A stretch of 43,992 nt of DNA, filler included, from Sphacelaria rigidula (Eukaryota): the NCBI GenBank assembly GCA_964200075.2. It is 2 parts of 2 records of this genome, joined end to end, with 100 filler letters (N's around TTAATTAATTAA, not from the genome) between each part and the next. Parts side by side here need not be neighbours in the genome. Positions count along the whole stretch, not along the records: positions 1 to 21,948 come from CAXNAA020000371.1; 1 more part is not named here. One strand, written 5' to 3'. Both the position numbers and the translations under genes were made by a program. The notes under the pieces were generated by a model. That model had not been told where the DNA came from. It made no database searches and saw nothing but the letters and a program-made list of their open reading frames with translations. Each line of letters begins with the position of its first letter. Within the stretch, counting starts at the first letter, position 1. Positions 1-12,316 of this stretch are shown in pieces.

Positions 1-187
1 GTCGCACCAACAACAACACCGGACGCCAAAACACACGACCCCCCCCCCCCCCCCCCCCTCCTAGAAGTGCCCGACACTGCTACTACTACGACCGCCATCA
101 CCAACACCACTAATACTACTACCAAGACGACGACAACGATGACTTTACTGCTACCGTCACTACACTACGTAAAATACTGCATCGTAC

Positions 188-3100
188 CTTGACGGCCTTC
201 GAGAACTCGGCGCCAACCGGGTGAGCGAGGTCGGGCGTGAAGGGCCCGTTGACGTGGGGGCGAAGCTTGTCCAAGTCGATCTCGATAATCTCGTCATACG
301 GAGCACCATCGTCGGCGCGGAGGTTTTCCTTGAACGAGTTGGCCGCGGACGCAATGCCCGATCGTTCTGTCGCCTGTGGTAAAAATACCGAGAGACCCTT
401 CGTAGTCAGCACAACCCAACCGTCACTGTATGTTGAGATATCGGTCATTTTACAATTTTCAAAGATATTTGGTGCTTTTTTTTTGGGATATATGAAAGTT
501 TCAATCGGTTGTTGTAACGTCAGCCGTTTTCTGAAACTGGCGGCGCCAGTATTCCGGTGCCTCCAACAAACAGCACAAGATCAAATATACACACCTCGAG
601 ATAATCCTGCATACGAGAGTTGTAAGGGAAGGTGGAGCAGGTAGCTCCGATCTCCGCACCCATGTTGCAGATCGTACCCATTCCAGTGCACGAGATGGAG
701 TCCACGCCAGGGCCGAAGTACTCCACAATCGCGCCGGTCCCTCCCTTAACAGTCAGGATACCGGCAACCTATGGAAGACAGCATACATATATTGGGTATT
801 GGACGGGAGGGAGGTACCAAAATAATCAACTATTGCTTCCTATTCGCTTGATTCTGTTGGTAATCTCGCAAGGAACGCGTGTGCGCTGCTCCTCCGCACA
901 AGGGGCAGCGCACACGCTGATGGAGGCTACTACGAAAGTAAATGCGGAACACAGAGGGTACGAACAGTATATTTATACATGTGCTCCACCATCACTGTTG
1001 CGTTGTCATGCGATAGTCTCGACTAGTGAATCCATGGGCGAGGTGTAGAATCGTCCACCCCTGCGTGACGGGACAATTTCTACGCATGTATAGATGTATC
1101 GAATAAAACGCGGACAAAAGAAGGTATCTGGACCATGTGTATTCCATCTTTTCACGATATCTCACCCTGGACAATCGATAACAATGTCGAGAAGTGTACG
1201 AAACACAAACAGTATCGACTATTGAATCTATTGCAACAGACAATGGATTTCATACCGTACGCAGTACACTTTTTGATGACGTAATTTCTTGTCCAGAGGA
1301 GGGGACCTCACCCATTGGTCGTACACAATGGTTGGTACTACGTAGTTGCCGACACCGTTAACGCCAACCCTAACCCTAACCCCGACCAAGGCATACCGAG
1401 AACCCTCGGGCAACGGGGGTGCAAAGTGTTTCCTAAGCAGAGTGTGCGTTGCGAGATCTCAAATAAGATATTTCAGTGTGGCGGGCGCTACCTTCGACAT
1501 GTTCCGAGGTTGGTGGCGGGCTGGTGTGTTGAATTGAAGACGGACAGATGAAGGTAGATGGACGGGGGCGGTTGTCAATATTTTTCCAAGCCTGCCCTAT
1601 TCGTTGTTTTGCCTTGGTGTTTTGTATGCTTCACCTTGAGGATGATGTCCTTCGGAGAAGTCCAGCCGGAGAGCTTCCCCGTCAGCTTCACGCCAATCAC
1701 CTGCGATAGGAAGGCGATCCAAATAGTCCGACAACACTCGATTGAATAAAAACTATAAAACACACGTCAACAACAAAGCACAATCAGCTGCAGCAAACGT
1801 CAACATTACCGAGAATTGCAGTAAAGCGTCCACACCACGGCGCGCCGTGCTGACTGAAAACACGGTCACTATCCGGAAGAATGCTCGTGATCTTGCATAC
1901 CGTAGTCATGAGATCTCTGGACCTTGGATCGCTACAAAGCCAGGACAGAGCACGCCGAGTTTACGCCGGACCAGGCAAGCAATCAATCAATCACCAACGC
2001 AGAGCGCCGTGGTGTGTTCGGCGAGTCGCATGAAAGGATGAAGAGGTAGCTGCATCCTGCGAAGGTAGTTCGGCCCGAAGTGTTCTGACGATCTGGCACA
2101 TGGATAACAGCCTCTAGTGAGTTGCTTCATTTTCTGGTATCGCCACTCCCAGACACAGCCAAGGGTTGCACCGCCTCGTGGGTGCCTCGCCATTTCAATA
2201 CTAGGTAGTACGATCATTCCCTTCGCGCGGAATTGAGGTTCTCCCACCCCGCACAATATGATCTAGCACGACCACCATCATGGCCACCGCAAAAAAAAAC
2301 ACACACAAGCAAAAAACTCCGGTAACCTGGTTGCCTAGCTTGCGCAGTGAGGGGCGTTCTTTACTGCATCGTTGCCAACCGACGCCAAACCTGAACAGGA
2401 GGGAAGGGGTGTACTCATGATCATGCATGCCATAGCCATAAGACCATTCACAGGAGGGGAGGGGGGGGATATGTGGAAAATAATCAGAAAAAGTTATGTA
2501 TATACGAGAGCGACGAGGACACGACGAGGAGGCGACACAAAATAAGGCAACCACAAAACAAACGAAACGAAACAAAATAGAAACGAACATCGACCACTCT
2601 GCAAGGGCAACCCAACCAGTCGCGCACACAATATGCATAGAGCAAGCACACGAGAGACAAATATAAGTACATAAAAAAGCATAGATGATGACTACGGACA
2701 CCACACGAGTATTTCATACCCAAGATAAGGGGACAGAAACGCCGACAGTACCGTGGGATTTTCCGACACTACCTTACCCTCCCGCGTATCAACATCAACA
2801 TCATGGCAAATAAGGAGTGCTTTTAGCGGGGCATTAGTTTACGAAGGTTTTCCCGATTTTTCCGGGGGAAAAAAAAGAAGAGAAAGAAAAGGATTCATTT
2901 CTGCCGAAAAAAACGACGCCAGATATCTTCTGAGCAAATTTGCCGTCAGTCTTGATAATTCATGATCCATTGCCTGGCTTGGTTGAGAAATTTGCTCCGA
3001 TATTTTTCGGGCAATACTTGATAATAATCATCATAACAATACCCCCACCGCTAGATACGCTTGCTTGCCTTAGGGCACTTGAGCTCCCACGGCATGCCAG

Positions 3101-6100
3101 CCATCACATCGACCGCGTCCGCTCCACCGACCCCGATAGCGCACATGCCAAGCCCGCCAGCGTTGGGAGTGTGCGAGTCGGTGCCGATCATCAAGCCTCC
3201 AGGGAAAGCGTAGTTCTCGAGCACGATCTGTCGCGTTTCATGTACGTGCGTATGCACGCGCATCGGGCGGCAGCCAAAGGAAGATGATACACAAAGAGAG
3301 GCGGGCGGATATTGAATTATGGGGCCGGAATCGAACAAAAAGAGAACGCCACGAATACATGTGAAGGCGCGCAGCAAAAAGGGCCATGGTCACTGCGGCG
3401 GCGGAAAATCACAACAACAGCCCCAGTTAGTGCCCATAGACAGCCACGATTGATTGATACTAGAATGGTACACCGACGGTCAGTTACGCCGGAAGGTCTA
3501 CGGTTCGGATCCCAACAGATGCGACCTTTTCGAGTCGAGGCTGGCTTCGGTTGGAAGCGTGACGACGTGAGCAGCGAATTTGACGAGGATGGACGCCGTG
3601 CGCCGGAGTGGTGATCCGTATTAGAAACGAAAAAATTGTGAGGAGGTAGGATACCGGAGGAGACATATACATGGTAGATTCCCTTGTAGAAACATTTCGG
3701 ACTCCCGCTAAAGAACGGGGGGACTTGAGGTAATGACAAAAATATTCAAAAAAGAAGGACGAGCATACAGAATCCGACACAACAGCCAAACTTTTACCAC
3801 ATACACAAATACATACATAAACACACACAGCAGCAGCAGCAGCAGCAGCAGAAACAAGAAAGCCGCCACCCGTGTCGCTAAAGTTTTTTGAGCGAGTGTT
3901 TTCATTTCCTGCAACCATCTTATCTCGAGGGTACGCCGTCTGTCCCGTGATCATGGCTGAATCCTCAAGAGATGAATTAATACGGATCACTCACTCGGGT
4001 CAACCCATTCATCCATCTACCGAATACCCGACAAAAACGAACCTGGTGAATGATGCCAGACCCGGGTTTCCAGAAGCCAATGCCGTACTTGGCACCTGCC
4101 GAGGCGAGGAAGTCGTAGACCTCCTTGTTCGTTACCTTAGCGGCGGCCATGTCCGCGGCGGCACCACTCTCGGCCGCGATCAAGTGATCGCAGTGGATGG
4201 TGGTGGGGCACGCGGTCTTCGGCAAGCCAGAAGAGATGAATTGCAGCACCGCCATTTGAGCGGTAGCGTCCTGATTGGTCCAGTGTCAACGGAGGGGGGG
4301 GGCGGCACGGGGTTAAAATCAGACCGGTGTTCGTTCACCACGTCGGGAATGTGTGCGGAGAGTCGGTGTAACTTTGACATCTGTGCTGACGCACAATTCG
4401 ACCACACGTCGAAAGACGGAACCGGGTCATATGCACAACTCTAGTTCATCTGATTTTTCTTCACGTGAGTCGTTATCCATGGTATTATCGCGCGTACGGT
4501 ACACTTGACTCATTAACCGTGTTAAAAAGATCAGCTATTTTTTCTCCACTATCAAGCCAAGGTGCAAGTGGGCACTGGTAGCAAGATACAAGAATAGCAA
4601 ACAACAGCGACAACAATGACAACGACTACAACAACGCCAACACGATGGAGTATGACTGCAATTGATTTGATCAATTAACTGTCGTTAATGCAACGATCCG
4701 CGGGGGGACCCAGGCGTGGTCATTATCCAAGAGATGATGGACATACCCGATGTAATCAATGCAAAAAAACACTTGCTGAAGAAACGTGAAGAAACGAAGA
4801 AGGTACACCAGGCAAACAGTGTAGACTTGGCAAAAATATATATACAAGCTACATTTCAGAAATTGCTGCTCCTTCCACCACCAAAAAACACGAGGTGCAT
4901 ATGACCCAAATAATCATCGCCACCACACACCTGCATCGCGACACGGTCGGGCCTGAGCTTGAGATACGTCTCCCCGCGCACGGGGTTGGTGGACGGGTCG
5001 TCAAAGTGTCCGTAGATGATCTTCTCCGACAGGGTCAACGGCCTCCCGAGAGTCTTCCGTGCTGCATGGATGTTTTTCTCCATCCTTTTATTGGTCGAAT
5101 TGTTTCGCAGTTTGGACAGCAATGTTCACGGCACAAACGGTCAGCTAATGGTCATGTGAACAAGAACGGCTAAGGCACAGCCACAGCCTCAATTCATCAC
5201 AGCGGTCCACCTCCGCAGCCCAACTGCAGATCCCTCCTATGCTCTCCGGGGTGGTGCGTGCGCTTAGTTAGTCCGACACTTATCACAGCCGCGTTAAACC
5301 TTAGACCGCGAGGGTAGTCCATCTGGATCATGCTAATTTTACACATGACCTACTCTCGCCATCGAAAGGTTGAATCATTTGTGCTCATTTTTCGTCACAC
5401 TCTCAACCCCCACCCTTCCTCTGGGGTGAGTCCGTGCGTGTTGACAAGGGATTTGACCTATCCATCGCATCTGGAGAGGAATCGAATCCGCGTTCTTCTC
5501 ACCCCGATGGTGTCGGTTGTACCGTTACGACATCAGGGCGCGGCAGCCTACTATGCCGTCACGTGATCGACATCCCGTGGCTTGCAGGACTGACTGACGC
5601 CTCTGTCGGCTCAACTGTCCGACCCGCTTGTCGTGTCCTCACTCGGTACGGATATCAAATAAAATAGTTACACAAACTATTGCCGCCGCATCTTATAATA
5701 GCGGTCAAAACCGTTACATCTTCAGGCAGTTACGGCTGAAAGTTGAGGGTCCGTCTCCTGGCAGACGTTTTTTTTTTCTCTCAAGGGGAATCTCATTTCC
5801 GTCGTTGAAGACGCGAGGGCGTGAGTGAGTAGCGAAGACGACGGAAACTAGAATAATGACGATAGTAGACTCGGCGTGGGATTGATGATCCAATCCACAG
5901 CACGAGAATGTCACAGAAGTATGAACTAGGAATCAGCGACGCGGGCTGATCCTTTTCATACCTTGGACAACTAGGCAATATTGTCGAAAAGTGTCTTGCG
6001 TACAATATCGAATATTTTGCCTACTGTTTGTCTACAGGCGATATATTCGACATACTCCACGCATTTCATTTTTCGGCCATGTAATATACTGCCCAGGGTG

Positions 6101-8515
6101 TGATCCTTGAGAGAGACTACGCACTAATCCCGAGCAACGGGAAGATACAGGCTGGGCCGCCCAAGACGCGAACGGGAATATCGACACGCGATTTCCGTGC
6201 TCAATTTTCAGTGGTTTTCACTGAAATTTTGGATTTTGACACGATGTACAGGACGTATGTACGAAGACCCCACATTTCCTCCTCTACACTTTTGATTAGG
6301 AATGAGTGAGTTAGTTGCAGTCGAGTTATGAAAAACTGTTGTGAAATTTTCCGTCGCCAATTCCTCACGAGAAAATAAAAAATAATGCAGGGCAGGGATT
6401 ATAGGGTTTTCACACATTTATCCTGTACATGGGGCCAAAATTTGATTCAATTTGTTCTGAAATGTTCTGTCGTCAATAACCCACGAAAAGAAAAAAAAAA
6501 TGCAGGGGAGGAAAGATGGGGTCTCTGCACATACGTCCTGTACATCATATCGAAAACCGGTTCCAATGTGGTGACGGACGAGCCACGACCCGGACAGGAA
6601 TCTCTAAACCGCGGTGACGCTGTTCATAATCACGTTGTTTTCCATGGGTTTTTGACACAATGTGCGTGAGAAATGTTCCAAGACCCTGGTCTCTCCCTCC
6701 CTCCTCCCCCCCACCACGTGCGATTTTTTCAATGAGTTCTCGAGAATTTTGTACAGGAAAAAAATAGTTCCGAAATTCCGATTACGAATATCTAGGGATA
6801 CCCGTAGGTGCCTTGCGCATGCTTCATGCGCATTTCGTAGTAAAGGACTCCAAATTGAGCAGCGCAGCCGCGTTTTTCACTCGAAAGCCGGTCGACTTGC
6901 TTTTAGATTACAACGACCTCAGCCGGAACTTTGGCGTTCGCTACGAGCTGGGCCAGCCAACATAGGGTAGTTTCTTCGCTTAGGCGACGCACAGGGTAAA
7001 TTAGGAGTTGGACGCTGAAATTTTGACAGCAGCCTGTTATGATCGACGTGCAGAATACGACGAGAGCAGCAAAGAAAGAAAAAAAAGAAAAATAGGAAGT
7101 TATGGGGATTTGAAATGTCAGCAAAAACAAGATAATGTCAGAACTCAACGAAAAAAAACGAGAATCTGCAGCTGCTCCCGTCATGTTTCATTTCCTTGGG
7201 TGCAGAAGGTCTTCGTGAGATTTCAGCTCAAGGGTCGTCGAATTGGGCCATGCCTGCAACGTTTTGCGTGACGCTGCTGCATCCCTATAATTCAAGTGAT
7301 GCGAGGCTCCAAGTATGGAGGTCATGACTTCGAACCACGACATATTCTCTTCTTTTTTTTCGTCCGTCAAGGTGATATATCATGCAGTACATTTTCTCCC
7401 TTTTTTTCTTTCGTTCAGCGGCGGTACCGTGTGTGACCAGGTTGTTCTGCACTACACAGTGATATGCTTGCATCGGGTTCATTCGGGAAAGTGGGAAAGC
7501 TGTAGTGTGGACAGCGTTTGGCCGCTTTCAAGCTAGCCCAGCTCGTACAAGCTTTCTTCACCCACTGCTGACCGGTTCGCATACTGCTACCGGACGCCTT
7601 GGCGCGCTGGGGGGCTCGTCTGCGTGGCATCTCAGACACTGCGCGCCTACAGTACGACATGCTTTGTTGTACGACCACAACTTGTGTGGCACCATCTCTT
7701 TGCGGCCGTCGCACAAGCGACTGTAACTGAAAATTCAAGTTCAGTTTTTTTTCTTTTCTAGTTCCGTGCACATGTCACCCTCAGCTCCCTACACTTTGCA
7801 GCTGACTACAGTTTAGTATTTCGTCCGATGATAACTTGTCGGATCGCAGTGCTAAGTGCATTGACAGACGAGCGTTGATTTGCAACAACGATGTCTCATA
7901 GCAGGTATATTCGCAATGCATCGTTAGCTAGAACGGGCTGGAGGACAGTGGGGTACTTGGGCGGCCCAGCCTTTATTAAAAAAATACGGTAAAAAACAAA
8001 ACAAAAACGCACGACACGATCAAGGCTATGTCTCGTGTTTTTTTTCTTTACCTGGCATACGAGGAGTCGATGGTGGGACTTCCCTTAGGGTCCAACACGC
8101 TGAGAGGTGTCCCCGACATGCTCCGACAGGAGACCGCCCGGCCCATGGCCTACATGAAAGCCAAACAGTAGGACGGCACAAATATAGACAAAGTCAAGGA
8201 AGCGTGAGATCTTGCGCCATCATCAGCTGACACTGTTATCGACGGAAAACTTTGCGGAGGTCCATCATCTTCTGAATCAGCGAAGAAGTTTCATTAGTCG
8301 AAACCTCCGCATGATCTTGCCACGTTACCGTGCTTGTCCTTGCGTGGCACGGCACCACCTTGGGGGGAAATCGCAATGAGGCGTTATTACAGTGGCATCT
8401 GCTGCCGGTACTCGGAAAAAAAAAGGGAAAACGAAAATCGACAGAGGGGATTCGTGAGGAGGTACAGCAACCTGGGAGCCAGTGATGAATTAACCGTCTT
8501 CTTGACTAGCGACAT
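188..8515 (-). CDS. ACO2: Mitochondrial aconitate hydratase (aconitase), 5' part; the gene continues past the left edge of the window
   Basis: In-phase exons 8149-8052, 5084-4931, 4270-4043, 3227-3069, 1700-1635, 768-595 and 373-188 join into typical mitochondrial aconitase motifs: [96 protein letters not shown]. The first exon (caaaATG at 8515, MSLVKKT, presequence-like) and its donor site are tentative. Confidence 0.95.
6146..7975. mobile_element. Non-autonomous TA-flanked TIR element (about 1.8 kb, Tc1/mariner-type ends) in an aconitase intron
   Basis: Left end TACAGGCTGGGCCGCCCAAG (6146) and right end CTTGGGCGGCCCAGCCTTTA (to 7975) form a 19/20 inverted match including TA. No transposase ORF. 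Confidence 0.65.
6942..7547. mobile_element. MITE of about 600 bp with TA flanks, nested in the 6146-7975 element
   Basis: TA-CGAGCTGGGCCAGC ... GCTAGCCCAGCTCG-TA (one mismatch). The subterminal GGAGTTGGAC..TGAAATTT is shared with the copies at 9177 and 17035. Confidence 0.75.
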
Positions 8516-9176
8516 TTTGAGGTAACGTCAATACAGAACAGTACACTAATAATGAAAACGACTACTAGTCCACAACATCACTCGATACCACATGTGCTTC
8601 GTGCGCGCGACCATTTCAACGTGCTTTGTTGCGCCTTTTCCGCTCTCATGAAATCGTTTTTTCCACGTCTCCGTTCCGGTCCGTTCCTTTCCTTTCCTTT
8701 CCTGCAAGGTTTCGTTGGGTCTTGACTTTGTCTTGGTTTCTCAGTATACTTACTCTTTGTTTTTTGTATATTTTCTTGTTTTCTTTTTCACCATTCTATT
8801 TCCTCAGCGAGCGTTTCCGAATTTTCACCTCGAGTAAATTCTCTTCTTGTAACCGCGATGTGGTGATTGGGGGATCAGTTCATGTGCGAGAATTAGTCGA
8901 CAACAGATGACAAGATGATGAAGATGACGAAACCATGGTTGTCCGTACCATCCATGGGTAAAAGAGACGCGTGTAAACTTGCCGCTCATAGCTTCGAAAG
9001 TTAAGTGGAAAAAGGCTTGGCGAAGATTCTTGCTCTATTGCGGAACCCAGCGTGTGAGACAGTACAAAAGTAGGGGCCTCGCTGACGGGGCATTTTCTTT
9101 CAAGATTTTCACACCTTGAACAGTATGCGTTCAACAGTTGCATTAGAAAAAAGTGTACTGCGAAGAGTATAGCCTA

Positions 9177-10005
9177 TACGAGCTGGGCCAGCCGAGGAGC
9201 GGTTCTGCAGTTTGCAGGCCCATTATACGGCCAATACTTGGAGTTGGACCCTGAAATTTGGTATGGACGATGAGTAGGGCAGAGTAAAAAACTTACTGGC
9301 GCACACATTTTTCTTCTTCCCATGAGTTAGGGGCATTCTACCGATATTTGAAAACTGATTATTGCCCTCAATTCATGGAAAAAAACCTTCGTGTGCGCCA
9401 GTATTTTTTTTATTATGCACTACTCATTGTCCATACCAAAGTTCAGGGTCCAACTCCAAGTATTGGCCGTATAATGGGCCGTTTAGTGACAGGGTCAGAA
9501 GAATTTCGGAACAATATTTTGCAGGCCATCTACCGGCCCACGTTTGGTGTTCGTGTATTGAAACTTTGGGTGGGGCGTGGCTAGGGCATGATCAACAAAA
9601 TAAAGTGGGTGAGATCGTTTTTTTTATTCTCTTCATTGGTTTAGGGCGTTCACGTCTGGTGAAGACCATTTTTTCACGAGAACGCCTGAACTTCTCCAAA
9701 AAAATGAAGGCCCGTTTATTTTTATTTTTTGCATACCTCTGTGGTCCTCCATGCTGAGTTTCAAATTGCAATTGTAAATATTGAGCTAAAAATTGAGATA
9801 AGGCCCAAAAGCGGTGTTCAATTATCCTCAAAACTGCCCCAAAAACCCGAAAAAAATAAAAAAATAAAAAGCTGTGTTTATAAGCTTCATTATGCACGAG
9901 CGGTTCTCCATACGAAATTTTATAGCATTACTCTCAAAAACTGAGACGCGATATCCAGGTTCAGCTCATCTAGTGCATCTGCTCGTAATATACTGATTTT
10001 AGTAT
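9177..10005 (+). mobile_element. Truncated copy of the TACGAGCTGGGCC TIR family (left TIR present, right TIR not found)
   Basis: 9177-9600 aligns by eye to 17035-17480, and 9640-10005 to 18670-19052. It contains an internal inverted repeat at 9217-9480. Confidence 0.7.
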
Positions 10006-12316
10006 CGGGGGAAAGGATCAAAGGGAATGGCCATTTATTTGGTTGGGGTAGATAGGTTGGGATGAATTTTTGGTTATTGTCGGGGGTTTTGGCCACGGGC
10101 AAGAGATGAGTGTACCGGTTCATTACACATGAAAAATTGTACACGCATGACTAGATTAGGCCGTCAATTGCATCGGCTAGCGTGTTGCGTGTCGCTCGTC
10201 GCCATTAGCGCGATGCTAAAAGCTATTATAGCCCTGCCGAAATTAGAAGTCATGTTTTCACTGTAGAGGAAGTATGCTGTATCTTCTCTGTGAGTTTCGT
10301 TTGGTGAAAGTTTTGATCGGCGGCGCCACGAGGGATTTTGCCAAGAACCGTAAACGTAGATTCAGAAGCACTCTAAGCAATGCACTGTACTGTTACGGTA
10401 TCTTTCGATGGAAGTTCGTCGAGTTCGGTACTTTTCACGCCCTGCACATTACTATATTATGTCCTCGGTTAAAAGTTGCTCTCGGCCTATACTTTGCGCT
10501 GTACCTTTTCTTTTATTGCACCTATTGACCATATTTTGTTCCAGGGCCTGGTACTTCCATGGCACTCGTGCGGTACTGCAGTTACCCATCGAACGGCTAC
10601 ACGGGTGGCGGCATATCTTGTATAGCCTAGATATGCACTTTTCTGGAGCGTGATTGAAGTTTTCCGCAGTTCGCTTGTTCTTGCTGGTTTAACTTTGTCA
10701 AGTTTCAACGGAAATGCCTCGGAAAGGAAGACGAGCCCTACTGCTGCTGCTATACTGGTGCAGTACCACCCGCGTATGTCAGAGTGCAGTCAAAGAGAGC
10801 CAGTACCGGTACCTCGTATAGATTCTGACGCTTCGGGCAAGTGCAACAGTTGGGAGGACGAATTACCAGCTCAGTTGTAACGAACACAGTACGGTACACC
10901 GTGCGTGATTTTTACAATTACAAAAAAAGAAAAAACATTCTCACCGAAACCGACACGGCAGTTCCGAGCAAACGAGACACCATTTTGTTTTTCTTGTTCA
11001 CGAGGGGAGACTGTGTTGTGGCGCTGTAATGGTTTACTGTCTGTACCGTGACGGTATGTGCTGTCGGTGTTGTTGCGGTTGGCGGACCGCCCTGCCCTCT
11101 GCAAACAAAACTTTATGGGTTCGAGCAAAAGTTCGGGAGCAAAATGACGGTAGTTATCTTACCGTACCGTACCGTATCGTATCGTATCGTACACCGATGT
11201 CAAGTTACCAAGAGCTGTAGCACGCACACCAACACCAAATGGTCTTGGGCGGAGAGAACAGGGGACTGCTTATCTAATTGACGTGCCCTACGTACCACGT
11301 GCGCCAATCCCTCCGCGCCGGGCACACGATGCTGAGATGCTCGCCGGTTGTACTTGTACTTTGATGATGTTCAACCAAACTACGGGCCAACTGCGGGTCA
11401 TTGTGGGTGGTGTGTGTATTCGACGTGTTCGGGTATGCATGCACCCGAGCACCCGAGTGATTTTGGACACAGGAAAGCGGCAGCGATGCGTGTCTCCGGA
11501 TGGAGACTACCGTCACGGTTGGTCTCATGTGCGCGGTCCCGAAGATTTGTTTTAGATGCACCTCTCTGATGTTGTCAGGTTGATGCAGGGTGCTCTCAGG
11601 ACGGTGGACTACAGAAACTGTTTCCGCATTCCCCGTCGGAACCCACCCAAGCCAACCGTAACCGTTCGCGTATTGAATCTGGTACTGATCGTAAACTGCA
11701 GTGCAGCACCGCAAGGTGGCGCAAAAACAAGCTGCTCGTCGACAAGTCGCACTGCGGCCGCAACATTGACAACCACAGAGCCGAGTACCTACTTTCCAAT
11801 TATGCTCTACGTATGGAGGGGCATGAACTAAAGGCACAGGCCAGGCCTTGCAGGGAAGCAAACTGCCTGCGCTTCGTGCACAAAAGGAGGCAAGGGACAA
11901 CTTGGGGACATGAGCGTTTCGTCCTTGTTTGAATGAAGTGACTGAAGTCACCAAAAGCTGTTGTCTCTCAGTTTGCACACACCAACAACACCCGAACTCA
12001 CCAGGTTGGGCCGTAGAAGAGAGCGAGCCCTGATCATTATTGCAGCAGATTTTCACAGCACGGTATACCAGTAGTATTGCTCACTAGTTCAGTGCTTCCG
12101 CGCTAGTCCTGACAGAGTATGAAGTGCTCAGGCTGCTGTGTTTTGGTGTCGAGGAGTGAGCGTGAGAGAGTTTCTCCTGTTTCGGTTTAGACGAGAGTCA
12201 TCTGTCATGGAGTACGACAAATGTACGTTTAGATTTCATAGACTGTACCTCACCAGACCGGCGCCGAACACAGCCAGGTTGGGATTGCTGCCGATGGTGT
12301 AGAGCTCGTATGAAGG

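Noticed and set aside
1366-1383. AACCCTAACCCTAACCCC telomere-like repeat
   Set aside because: Only about 2.5 units inside an intron, too short to call a telomeric remnant.
11274-12056. 260-aa minus-strand ORF
   Set aside because: No recognisable motif, composition is not protein-like (Cys-rich), and no splice partners were found. Probably a chance ORF.
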